64,000 nucleotides of DNA from an uncultured Candidatus Peribacteria bacterium (lineage in GTDB: Bacteria > Patescibacteriota > Gracilibacteria > UBA1369), in assembly GCA_964494085.1 (NCBI GenBank), contig CAZBQJ010000003.1, positions 137,458 to 201,457 of the forward strand. The letters are read 5' to 3'. Shown here piece by piece: positions 38,375 to 47,397 of this stretch. The first letter of the stretch is position 1; every line of letters begins with the position of its first letter. The notes under the pieces are model-generated. The model made no database searches. It had not been told where the DNA came from and saw only the letters and a list, made by a program, of their open reading frames with translations. The position numbers and the translations under genes were made by a program.

Positions 38375-38516
38375 AATTTATATTTTATAAAGTATTTGTT
38401 TTTTTGAGAGCCAAAATCTAAAATTCGATTTTTGCAACTGACTCAAGTATATTCAAACATCCCTTAAAAAAAAGAAAATAAACTTGCTAAACAATCAAAA
38501 TTTAGTCGACGTAGCA

Positions 38517-39182
38517 TTAGCCCAGGATATAACCACTACATGGAATGGTTCTAATAAGCTCTGTCATCCCAAAATCATTTTCCAGGATTTTCCGGATTTT
38601 ACTTATGTGCACATCTACCGTATTGGTCATGACGGTAGAATTCATATCCCAAACGTTCTCTAAAATATTTATTCTACTCAAAATCCTTCCTCTATTTTTC
38701 GCCAAATAAAGCAACAATTCATACTCTTTATTACGTAGATAAATCTCCTTTTTACCTTTTACCAAAACTCTTCTATTCAAATTTAATTCTATCTCATCGA
38801 GTTTAATGCTACCGAAGTCCATATATTCCTTTAGCCTGGTGATTGACTTCAGGTCATCCAAAAACAAAGTATAATTCAGTGGCCAAAAATAAAATCTAAA
38901 AGTAAAATCCCGACTTATTTTTCCAAAGTTTCCGATTTTCTCATAATCATCCAGGATAAAAAAGCAATCTCGATCTGCCAGCCAATCCATCAATTCAGAA
39001 ATCGGAAAATAAGTGCGATCAAATACCACCGCGGCATAATTTTCATTGGCAATTTTCATGGATTCTCTAAATTGCTTTGAATCAGTAAACAAGATTTGTT
39101 TACTCTCAATTTTATTCTGCTTTAAAAAATTGCTTAAACTTTCCAAAGGTTTGTCTACTGACGAAACAATTAATACTTTCAT
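38517..39182 (-). CDS. OmpR/PhoB-type winged-helix regulator with a degenerate receiver-like N-terminal domain
   Basis: C-terminal trans_reg_C-like LLLYLAKNRGRILSRINILENVWD...VDVHISKIRKIL...IRTIPCSGY. The N-terminus lacks the acidic DD pocket (MKVLIVSSVDK). Confidence 0.6.
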   Translation of the reverse strand: MKVLIVSSVDKPLESLSNFLKQNKIESKQILFTDSKQFRESMKIANENYAAVVFDRTYFPISELMDWLADRDCFFILDDYEKIGNFGKISRDFTFRFYFWPLNYTLFLDDLKSITRLKEYMDFGSIKLDEIELNLNRRVLVKGKKEIYLRNKEYELLLYLAKNRGRILSRINILENVWDMNSTVMTNTVDVHISKIRKILENDFGMTELIRTIPCSGYILG

Positions 39183-39293
39183 ATAAAATAATTAAAGGAT
39201 AACAGGATAATTGAATTAGCAAGTCAATCCAAATCCTCACTTTTATGAAATTCCATTTTTTCTCTAGTCAAAACCAATTTTACATATTAAATT

Positions 39294-39319
39294 AGTGTTG
39301 TCCGATTTCGGACAACACT
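39294..39319. promoter_or_regulatory. perfect 11-bp hairpin/palindrome abutting the rlmN start codon
   Basis: AGTGTTGTCCG-attt-CGGACAACACT, ending 1 nt before the ATG at 39321. Confidence 0.4.
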
Positions 39320-39320
39320 T

Positions 39321-40340
39321 ATGAAAGACCCAGAACACATTAAAGCAGTACTGACAGCACACAATATCCCCACATTTCGCTTGAAACAGCTTTTAAACGC
39401 AGTATTCCAGCAGGGGATTTGTGACTATCAGGAAATTTCCACATTTTCGTCAGACATCCGCACTGTCTTGAGCGAGGAACTTCCTATTTATTCAATTAAA
39501 CCTGTCCTCCATGTGGTTTCAGAAAAACGAAATACTGAGAAAGCCCTCTTCGAAATAGTCGGTGGGCAAAAGATCGAGGCAGTTTTGATGAAATATCGTG
39601 ACGGCCGGAACTCCATTTGTATATCTTGTCAGGCTGGTTGCCAAATGGGCTGTCATTTTTGCGCAACCGGGAAGATGAAATTTGGTCGTAATCTCACTTA
39701 TGAAGAAATTTTTGATCAGGTCCTTTATTTCCACCAACGGCTCCTCAAGCAGGGTGAAAGAATTTCCAATATAGTCTTTATGGGTATGGGGGAACCTTTA
39801 ATGAATTACGATCAAGTGATCAAATCAATCTATTTACTAAATGCTCCAGACTACCTGGGTTTGGCTGCACGGCGGATTACCGTTTCTACATCAGGGCTGG
39901 TTGATGGAATCAAAAAGCTTACTGAAGAGCCATTACAAATCAATTTGGCACTCTCGCTCCACGCTCCCAATCAACAATTGCGTGAAAGAATTATGCCCAT
40001 AGCCAGACGCTGGCCAATCGATCAACTTCTCGCGGCAATTGACGAATATAGCAAAAAAAACAATCGACGCGTTTCCTATGAATATGTGATGTTAAAGGGG
40101 ATTAACGATACTCCCGAAATCGCCGAACAATTGGCGGAAATAAGTCGAGATAAACTTAAACATATCAACATTATTCCTTATAATTCCACTGACATTGCCG
40201 ATATTTCTGGAAGTGACCGTGGAACCATTCTCAATTTTCAAAAAATCTTACAAAATGCCGGAGTCAGTGCTACAGTCAGAGTAACCATGGGTGAAGATAT
40301 CGCCGCGGCTTGTGGACAATTAGCAAATAAGAATAAATAA
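39321..40340 (+). CDS. rlmN: 23S rRNA/tRNA adenine-C2 methyltransferase RlmN (radical SAM)
   Basis: CQMGCHFCATG radical-SAM cluster motif, GMGEPLMNY, C-terminal AACGQL. Confidence 0.9.
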   Translation: MKDPEHIKAVLTAHNIPTFRLKQLLNAVFQQGICDYQEISTFSSDIRTVLSEELPIYSIKPVLHVVSEKRNTEKALFEIVGGQKIEAVLMKYRDGRNSICISCQAGCQMGCHFCATGKMKFGRNLTYEEIFDQVLYFHQRLLKQGERISNIVFMGMGEPLMNYDQVIKSIYLLNAPDYLGLAARRITVSTSGLVDGIKKLTEEPLQINLALSLHAPNQQLRERIMPIARRWPIDQLLAAIDEYSKKNNRRVSYEYVMLKGINDTPEIAEQLAEISRDKLKHINIIPYNSTDIADISGSDRGTILNFQKILQNAGVSATVRVTMGEDIAAACGQLANKNK

Positions 40341-40347
40341 TTTAAGT

Positions 40348-40608
40348 ATGGACAAACCAGAACAGACAAAAGTAAATTTAAAAATTGAACCGGCCATGGA
40401 GCAGGGAATTTATTCAAACGCCGTCTCTATCCATGTCAATCATAATGAAGTTATTCTCGATTTTGGCTATATGATGCCAAATCAAGATCCGGTTACGATC
40501 AAGTTGGTCGGGCGGATCAACCTCACTCATCAGACCGCCGAAAGTTTAATGAATGTTCTCTCCAATGCCCTTTTGGATTGGAGGAATAAAAACAAAAAAT
40601 CTAATTAA
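40348..40608 (+). CDS. DUF3467-family small protein
   Basis: 86 aa. GIYSNAVSIHVNHNEVILDFGY... resembles the DUF3467 pattern. Confidence 0.55.
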   Translation: MDKPEQTKVNLKIEPAMEQGIYSNAVSIHVNHNEVILDFGYMMPNQDPVTIKLVGRINLTHQTAESLMNVLSNALLDWRNKNKKSN

Positions 40609-40616
40609 GTACAGCT

Positions 40617-42032
40617 ATGTCTACAGAAGCCAATATGGATAAGATTATTTCCCTTTGCAAAAGAAGGGGATTCGTTTTCCCCGGGTCAGAAATCTATGGG
40701 GGTTTAGCCAACACCTGGGATTATGGGCCACTAGGGGCACAACTCAAAAAGAATCTCAAGGATATCTGGTGGAAAACCTTTGTAGAAAGGCGTTTGGATA
40801 TTGTTGGCTTGGATTCAGCCATTTTGATGAATCCCACAGTTTGGGAAGCCTCCGGACATGTGACCAGTTTTAGTGATCCTTTAATGGATTGTAGAAAATG
40901 CCATTCACGGGAAAGAGCGGATAAGTTAATTGAAAAATGGCAACATGAAAATGATTCCGCAGAAAAACCCGCCAATTGGGCAGGCGAAAAGACTCCGTCT
41001 GCTGATCTCCTGAAATTTATTTTAGCCAAAAAAATTATTTGTCCGGTCTGCGGAGCATGTGATTGGACTGAACCAAAAGCCTTTAATTTAATGTTCAAAA
41101 CCAAACAGGGTGTGGTAGAAGAGGATTCCAAGGACATTTATTTGCGACCAGAAACCGCTCAAGGTATTTTCGTCAATTTTAAAAATGTTTTAGATACAGC
41201 ACGTAAAAAATTACCTTTTGGGATCGCTCAAATCGGTAAGGCTTTCCGCAATGAAATCACTCCGGGAAATTTTATCTATCGCACACGTGAGTTCGAGCAA
41301 ATGGAAATTGAATACTTTTTTGATCCCGCCGAAACTTCTTGGCAAGATTTAATGAAGAAATGGAAGGATGATGGTTTTGATTATGTTGTCAATAAGTTGG
41401 GAATAAATGAACATCTTCTCCGCTTTCGTGACCATGATCCGGATGAATTGTCTCATTATTCCAAAGGTACAACTGATATAGAATTTAGATTCCCTTTTGG
41501 TTGGGGAGAATTGTGTGCAGCCGGAGCCTATCGAACCAACTATGATTTAATGCAACACGAAAAATTTTCAGGTCAAAAACTAACCTATCTCGATCCATAT
41601 ACCAATAAGATTTCCACCCCTCATGTAATTGAACCGAGTTACGGTGCTGATCGCCTCACCTTGGCGGTGCTGTTGAGCGCCTATCACGAAGAGGCAATTG
41701 AAGGTGATGAAACCAGAGTTGTAATGAAATTCAAACCTCATCTCGCGCCGATCACCGTGGCCATCCTCCCTCTTGTCAACAAGCTAAATGAGCAGGCTCA
41801 AATTTTGGCTCAGACTCTCATCAAAGATTTTCGGATTGATTTTGATACATCCGGCTCTATAGGGAAACGTTATCGTCGCCAAGACGAGATCGGAACACCG
41901 TTCTGTATCACCTTTGATTTTGAAAGTCTGGAAGATCAAGCCGTTACTGTACGAGACCGCGATACTATGGATCAGGAAAGAATTAAAATAGCTGATCTCC
42001 CGACATTCTTTCAGCAAAAACTTCAATACTAA
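40617..42032 (+). CDS. glyQS: glycine--tRNA ligase (homodimeric GlyQS type)
   Basis: RGFVFPGSEIYGGLANTWDYGPLG, FRNEITPGNFIYRTREFEQMEIEYF, anticodon-binding C-terminal domain. Confidence 0.93.
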   Translation: MSTEANMDKIISLCKRRGFVFPGSEIYGGLANTWDYGPLGAQLKKNLKDIWWKTFVERRLDIVGLDSAILMNPTVWEASGHVTSFSDPLMDCRKCHSRERADKLIEKWQHENDSAEKPANWAGEKTPSADLLKFILAKKIICPVCGACDWTEPKAFNLMFKTKQGVVEEDSKDIYLRPETAQGIFVNFKNVLDTARKKLPFGIAQIGKAFRNEITPGNFIYRTREFEQMEIEYFFDPAETSWQDLMKKWKDDGFDYVVNKLGINEHLLRFRDHDPDELSHYSKGTTDIEFRFPFGWGELCAAGAYRTNYDLMQHEKFSGQKLTYLDPYTNKISTPHVIEPSYGADRLTLAVLLSAYHEEAIEGDETRVVMKFKPHLAPITVAILPLVNKLNEQAQILAQTLIKDFRIDFDTSGSIGKRYRRQDEIGTPFCITFDFESLEDQAVTVRDRDTMDQERIKIADLPTFFQQKLQY

Positions 42033-42116
42033 AATATATTTCCAGAATCAAGCAATAAGAAGCTGGCGATTATTACCAAAATTCCGCTATTGGAAGAGCA
42101 GAATTCTCCCCAGGTG

Positions 42117-42125
42117 TGTTATAAT
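42117..42125 (+). promoter_or_regulatory. extended -10 promoter element (TGtTATAAT) upstream of coupling-protein-like paralog 2
   Basis: TGTTATAAT at 42117-42125, 20 nt upstream of the ATG at 42146. No good -35 element. Confidence 0.4.
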
Positions 42126-42145
42126 AAAAAGAATTAAAAAAAAAC

Positions 42146-44698
42146 ATGTCAGACTTCGCCATAATCAATCCCCTCGAACAAATCACCAGTGGTGATTATT
42201 TTGGCTATATCAACCTCTTTATCTGGATAGTAGTAGGCTGGTTAATCTTACGCTTTTTAGTTGGGATGATTAGATTCTTCTTTATTCTCTGGCAGAATCG
42301 GTCGATGGTCTATCTGAAAATCAGAGTACCTCGTGAAGATTCCCAAAAGGACAATGAGAAAAAGGAAGAAAAGGATTTCAAGGAAAAAGTCAGTATCATG
42401 GAGCAATGTTTACGTAACATTCATGAAATCTCTGAATTAAGTCTCTCCAATATCATCCGCATTACCCTATTTGCCTCGAATATCATTTCCTTTGAGATTG
42501 TCTCGCAAAATAAAGTTATTGATTTCTACATGGTCACTCCAAAAGTATATCGAGATATTTTGGAGAAACAAATCACCTCTTATTATCCAAATGCCGATAT
42601 TATTCCTGTTGATGAATATCCATTGGCTAAAAAGGGAAATTACCTCCGTATGTATTTTGCCTATTTATCACAGGCCTATTGGTTCCCCTTTAAAACTTAC
42701 AAGTATTTGGAAAATGATCCGCTCAATAATCTCACCAATGTTTTCTCCAAGTTGGAAGAAGATGAATTAGCAGGAATCCAAGTTGTTTTGCGCCCTTACA
42801 AATCAAAAAAATACAACAGGACTATCGAGAAAAATGCCTCTGCTTTATTTAAGGGAAAACCTTTGCGCAAGTTCAATATCCCTGGTTTAGGACTCCTGAA
42901 TAGTCTTTTTGTCGGGTTATTCCTGGGTTACGATAAGGTGATCAAGGATAAACCTCAATCAGAAAGTGGTTTTGTCAGAATGTTACAACCTTTGGAAGAG
43001 AGATCAAAGCGGATGGGGGAGAAAGCTGCCCAACCTCAATTCAAATCGGTAATCAGGATCTTTGCTTCAGCCAAGACGTCTGGTCGCGCCGAACAAATAA
43101 CTAACGGGATCAATCTGGCCTTTAGTATGTATACGGACGAGTCAGCCAATTGGTTTCAAACTCGCAGAATCGTGCCGCTTGATCTGATCAATAATCGACT
43201 AATGAAATTTAATTATAATAACAGATTGATCGATACTGGGGCCTGGACTACTACTGCCCTCGGCCCATTTGGAGAAAAACATAATGTTTCCAGTCCTGAA
43301 GAAATCGCTTCTATTTTTCATCTTCCCAGTAGTCGGTACAATCATTCGCCAACCATTAACTGGTTGCCTTACAAAGTCTTGCCTGCTCCGGTAGACACTC
43401 CTACCGAGGGAGTTTTGTTGGGTTATAATGTCTATCGCGGAGTCAAACGAGAAATTCACATGTTACGCGATGATCGGACCAGGCACCATTATTGCATTGG
43501 AAAATCCGGTTCCGGAAAATCTGTTTTTCTCAGTTATCTGGCCAGACAGGACATTATTGCTGGCGATGGACTGGCCGTCATAGATCCCCACGGCGACTTA
43601 ATTGAAGAATTAATCACCTTTGTCCCCAAAGAACGTGCCAAAGATTGCGTCATTTTCAATCCGGCTGACACAGAACGCCCGATGGGTCTAAATATGCTTG
43701 AAGCAAATTCTCCTGAAGAAATGGATATGGCCTCCAGCCAAGCCACTGAAATCTTTATCAAATTATTTGGTGATGAAATCTTTGGTCCACGCATTCAACA
43801 TTATTTCCGCAATGCCTGTCTTACTTTGATGGAAGATACTGAAGAAGGCGCCACGCTAATCGACGTACCGCGGATGTTTGTCGATGATGAATTTATGAAA
43901 TACAAAGTCAGTAAAACAAAAAATCCTGTTGTCCGTTCGTTCTGGGAGCAGGAATATGCGCATACAGGAGACCGTGAAAGACAGGAGATGATTCCTTATT
44001 TCTCATCCAAATTTGGACCGTTCATTACGAACTCCATCATGAGAAATACCATTGGCCAAACCAAATCAGCCTTCAATTTCCGCACAGCCATGGATAACCA
44101 ACAAATACTGCTGATCAATTTGTCTAAAGGTAAAATTGGTGACTTAAATACACAATTATTAGGACTCGTAATCGTGGCCCGTATTCAGATGGCTGCCATG
44201 AGTCGCGTCGATCTGGCTGAGGATCAGCGCAAGGATTTTTATCTATATGTAGATGAGTTTCAGAATTTCGCCACTGATAGTTTTTGTTCAATCCTTTCTG
44301 AAGCACGTAAATATCATTTGGCCTTGATTATGGCCCACCAGTATATCAAGCAATTGGAAAAGAAGCAGGATACCTCTATCCGTGATGCTGTATTCGGTAA
44401 CGTGGGAACCATGATGTCCTTCAAAGTTGGCGCGGATGATGGTGAGTATCTGGCCAAAGAATATGCTCCGGTATTAACAGAACAAGACATCATCTCTATC
44501 GCCAATTATAAAGCATATATAAAACTGAACATTAGAAACACCACTTCTCGACCTTTTTCCCTGGAAACCATCTACGACATGAAAGGTTCAAACAAGCAGG
44601 TTGGCGATATCATCACCCAATACTCTCGAATTAAATATGGTCGTAAAAAGGAATTTGTCGATCAGGAAATTCGCGCTCGTATCGGGATAGATACTTAG
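42146..44698 (+). CDS. membrane-anchored TraD/VirD4-like ATPase with an uncharacterised N-terminal region; paralog 2
   Basis: Walker A GKSGSGKS (43499-43522), FYLYVDEFQNF, AHQY, FGNVGTMMSFKVG. The N-terminal region is collinear with paralog 1 (DPLNNLTNVFSKL, EEIASIFHLPSSRY). Confidence 0.7.
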   Translation: MSDFAIINPLEQITSGDYFGYINLFIWIVVGWLILRFLVGMIRFFFILWQNRSMVYLKIRVPREDSQKDNEKKEEKDFKEKVSIMEQCLRNIHEISELSLSNIIRITLFASNIISFEIVSQNKVIDFYMVTPKVYRDILEKQITSYYPNADIIPVDEYPLAKKGNYLRMYFAYLSQAYWFPFKTYKYLENDPLNNLTNVFSKLEEDELAGIQVVLRPYKSKKYNRTIEKNASALFKGKPLRKFNIPGLGLLNSLFVGLFLGYDKVIKDKPQSESGFVRMLQPLEERSKRMGEKAAQPQFKSVIRIFASAKTSGRAEQITNGINLAFSMYTDESANWFQTRRIVPLDLINNRLMKFNYNNRLIDTGAWTTTALGPFGEKHNVSSPEEIASIFHLPSSRYNHSPTINWLPYKVLPAPVDTPTEGVLLGYNVYRGVKREIHMLRDDRTRHHYCIGKSGSGKSVFLSYLARQDIIAGDGLAVIDPHGDLIEELITFVPKERAKDCVIFNPADTERPMGLNMLEANSPEEMDMASSQATEIFIKLFGDEIFGPRIQHYFRNACLTLMEDTEEGATLIDVPRMFVDDEFMKYKVSKTKNPVVRSFWEQEYAHTGDRERQEMIPYFSSKFGPFITNSIMRNTIGQTKSAFNFRTAMDNQQILLINLSKGKIGDLNTQLLGLVIVARIQMAAMSRVDLAEDQRKDFYLYVDEFQNFATDSFCSILSEARKYHLALIMAHQYIKQLEKKQDTSIRDAVFGNVGTMMSFKVGADDGEYLAKEYAPVLTEQDIISIANYKAYIKLNIRNTTSRPFSLETIYDMKGSNKQVGDIITQYSRIKYGRKKEFVDQEIRARIGIDT

Positions 44699-44707
44699 AC
44701 CGTCGTT

Positions 44708-45898
44708 ATGACCACACAAAAACAAATTTCCAAATTAAAAATATCAAGCTATATCCTAGGTCTTATCTTAGTGATTCAAGTTATCGGTACAGTGTTTTAC
44801 TTTAGGAGTTCCAATGTACTGCATTCAGTCAGCCTACAGAAAATCGACTCATTGATCAATGAAATCGGTGATTTGAAAAATGAAAATCAATTTCTCAATC
44901 AAAAATTAAACGACCGGGCGGAAGAAAACCAACTGAATGAGGAAACTCTCCAGCAATTGTATCTGGAATCATCTACTCAACAGCAATCACAAAAGGAGCT
45001 TCAAAAAGGTCTCGCTTCCTATCAGGATTTTTTGTTGGGTGAAAGAAAAAGACTGAGTGATCAAACTAATGATCTTAACAATCAACTCAATCGAAAAGAC
45101 CAACAAATAAATACACTCGAGCAAACCAAAGAAAATCAAAAACAATTTCAAGATCTTAACGATAAATTGTATAGCGTTCTTCTTTTGGGAACCAATCAAC
45201 GCCTGACCGACAGCATCCAATTAGCCGTAGTCGACACAGACAAGCAGAAAACCACCTTGGTAAGCATTCCACGCGATCTCTACTATGATGGACGAAAAAT
45301 TAACGAATATTATGAGTTTTATGGCATCGAAAAAATTTCTGAAATTATCCAAAAAATCACCGGAGTAGCTGTAGATAAATACGTTACTTTTAATTTTCAA
45401 TCCTTTCAGGATCTGATCGATTCGATCGGTGGAGTCGATGTCGACGTCGAAAAGAAATTGGTCGATAATAGTTACCCTACCAACAACTTTGGTTACAAAA
45501 CCGTGGTTTTCAATCCCGGACTACAAAAGATGAATGGTCAAGTTGCCTTGGAATACGCTCGTAGTCGGCATTCTACTTCCGATTTCGACCGAAGCAAAAG
45601 ACAGCAACAAATAATCATCGCCATCAAGCAAAAATTGGAATCATTTGGCATTCTCAAGAATGTCGAATTCTATGTCACCGCTTTCCAAAGTCTTCAGCAA
45701 AACCTAAAAACTGATTTCAATATCCTGGAAGCCCTGCAAGTATTTGACCAATACAAAGGCTATCAACTTTACGCGGGTAATGTCCTCAGTAACGAGAATT
45801 TTCTCTATTCATCAAAAAGTATCTCAGGACAATCCATTCTTCTTCCCAAAAACGGCTCTTTCGTCGACTTTCAAAAGAAGCTTCTAGAAATCATTTAG
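44708..45898 (+). CDS. LytR-CpsA-Psr (LCP) family cell-wall glycopolymer ligase with an N-terminal TM helix and Gln-rich coiled coil
   Basis: LVSIPRDLY, GGVDVDV, ALEYARSRHSTSDFDRSKRQQ. Confidence 0.8.
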   Translation: MTTQKQISKLKISSYILGLILVIQVIGTVFYFRSSNVLHSVSLQKIDSLINEIGDLKNENQFLNQKLNDRAEENQLNEETLQQLYLESSTQQQSQKELQKGLASYQDFLLGERKRLSDQTNDLNNQLNRKDQQINTLEQTKENQKQFQDLNDKLYSVLLLGTNQRLTDSIQLAVVDTDKQKTTLVSIPRDLYYDGRKINEYYEFYGIEKISEIIQKITGVAVDKYVTFNFQSFQDLIDSIGGVDVDVEKKLVDNSYPTNNFGYKTVVFNPGLQKMNGQVALEYARSRHSTSDFDRSKRQQQIIIAIKQKLESFGILKNVEFYVTAFQSLQQNLKTDFNILEALQVFDQYKGYQLYAGNVLSNENFLYSSKSISGQSILLPKNGSFVDFQKKLLEII

Positions 45899-45900
45899 CA

Positions 45901-46479
45901 CTACCACCAGACTTTCTTCCAGCCGATCTTATAGGCCAATACATTAAATAAAAAATGAACTGGCGGTGTAATCAGCAAGGCCAGCAAAAGCAATTGCCAG
46001 GTACTTTGCCAGGGTAAAAATACACCCGAAAATAGCCATCCTCCCATGACAAAATCTGTTTGGTCAAAAGGAAACCAGGGTTTTCCTTCTTTGATTCCTG
46101 TTCTTCTTTTAAAAAAACTCTTCAGAGCGTCACCCAAAATGCCGCCAAATCCGATTAAACTGCCAAAGTACAATCCATATAAAACAGTTTGTCCATGCAA
46201 TTTTCCTAATGGATCACCAAAATATGCCGGCAAGTAATTATAAACAGCCACACTTATTATTCCCCCTATGCTTCCTGCCAATATTGCAGCGACAACCCCT
46301 CTAAAGGTTTTATTTTCACCCAAAATTCTCCCTTTTCCCCATTTCACCCCACCATCCAGTGGGCGAGCCAGGAACTTTAACCAGCCAAACCCTTTGAAAA
46401 CAACCGGTGCGCCATTACCCAAGTAGGCCGGCAGAAACAGAATCACTGTCATTAAAATTAGTCTTAACCAGTAGTCCAT
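45901..46479 (-). CDS. CarS-like (CDP-archaeol synthase / DUF46 family) membrane cytidylyltransferase
   Basis: LFLPAYLGNGAPVVF... and ILGENKTFRGV match the CarS pattern LPAYxAN...ILGDGKTWRG. About 5 TM helices. Confidence 0.65.
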   Translation of the reverse strand: MDYWLRLILMTVILFLPAYLGNGAPVVFKGFGWLKFLARPLDGGVKWGKGRILGENKTFRGVVAAILAGSIGGIISVAVYNYLPAYFGDPLGKLHGQTVLYGLYFGSLIGFGGILGDALKSFFKRRTGIKEGKPWFPFDQTDFVMGGWLFSGVFLPWQSTWQLLLLALLITPPVHFLFNVLAYKIGWKKVWW

Positions 46480-47060
46480 CTACCTTTATAAAGAAGAAAT
46501 AGGTTGTTTGCATTCACTATTAAAATAGTAATTGACCAAAAAATAAGGACATAATCAAACCAGTTAATACCAGTCAGTCCCAGTAGAAAAAGACTCAGAT
46601 AGACAAAATATCTACTCCAGAAAAACGGATATTTTTCTATCTTGATACCGTATTTCAGAAATTTCAGGAAATAGTCCACCAATATATTTATTAAATACAG
46701 CGCAGCCCAAAACGCCGTGACTTTATTGAACCAGATCAGCGCTAATATTAGCGGCACCACATAGAAATTATCGACACAAACATCAAAAGTTCTGCCTTTA
46801 ACCGACGTAGTTTTTGACCTGCGGGCAACTGCTCCGTCCAAACCATCCAGGACAATATTCAAAACAATTACCAGAAAAGCAGCCAATTCAGAATAACCTA
46901 CCAGCCAAACCATCGGTAAAATCAAAAGTAATCTGAAAAAAGTTATCTTGTCAGCCTTGACTCCTTTATCCGTCAACCATTTGGCGATAGGAGCAAACAC
47001 TAATTCACGCCATTTCAATAATTCAAAATAGATTTTTTTGCTTTCTGTCAATTTATTCAT
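46464..47060 (-). CDS. CDP-alcohol phosphatidyltransferase family protein
   Basis: LDGLDGAVARR-x8-G-x3-D-x3-D signature (DGLDGAVARRSKTTSVKGRTFDVCVD). Multi-TM. Overlaps the CarS-like start by 16 nt. Confidence 0.75.
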   Translation of the reverse strand: MNKLTESKKIYFELLKWRELVFAPIAKWLTDKGVKADKITFFRLLLILPMVWLVGYSELAAFLVIVLNIVLDGLDGAVARRSKTTSVKGRTFDVCVDNFYVVPLILALIWFNKVTAFWAALYLINILVDYFLKFLKYGIKIEKYPFFWSRYFVYLSLFLLGLTGINWFDYVLIFWSITILIVNANNLFLLYKGRWTTG

Positions 47061-47190
47061 TTTTTTAGCAATACTTTTCTACAGAATAGCCAATATCACG
47101 ATAAAAGTCTTGTCTTTTTAGCAAATAATTCCTAAAATACGCCCACAATCAAGATTATCTACCAATTCTAGATATAAAGTTAGATTCTAT

Positions 47191-47267
47191 GGCTGGGTAG
47201 CTCAGTCGGTTAGAGCGCGGGACTCATAAGCCCGAGGTCGAGAGTTCGATTCTCTCCCCAGCCACCA
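47191..47267 (+). tRNA. tRNA with CAT anticodon (elongator Met or lysidine-modified Ile2)
   Basis: 77-nt cloverleaf: GGCTGGG/CCCAGCC acceptor, loop CTCATAA, TTCGATT T-loop, encoded CCA. A fully paired 1-72 position rules out the initiator. Confidence 0.85.
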
Positions 47268-47397
47268 AAAACTCACATTACTCCGTAGTGGGAGGTTTTT
47301 AATATAAAAATCACTAAGTATATTGCCATATGCTCGATTTATGTTTTTCCTTTATGCACTGCGGTAAACAGCTCGTCCAGGTATTGAGTTATTTGGA

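Noticed and set aside
26449-44698. Interpreting the two TraD/VirD4-like genes as marking an integrative conjugative element or plasmid-derived island.
   Set aside because: No integrase, relaxase, VirB4/VirB6, partition genes, flanking direct repeats or compositional shift were found. The intervening genes are core housekeeping genes (lexA, dinB, rlmN, glyQS).
47191-47267. tRNA-CAT gene as an integration hotspot explaining the adjacent GH130/HAD cluster.
   Set aside because: There is no integrase, no duplicated tRNA 3' fragment (attR-like repeat) downstream, and no change in composition across the cluster.
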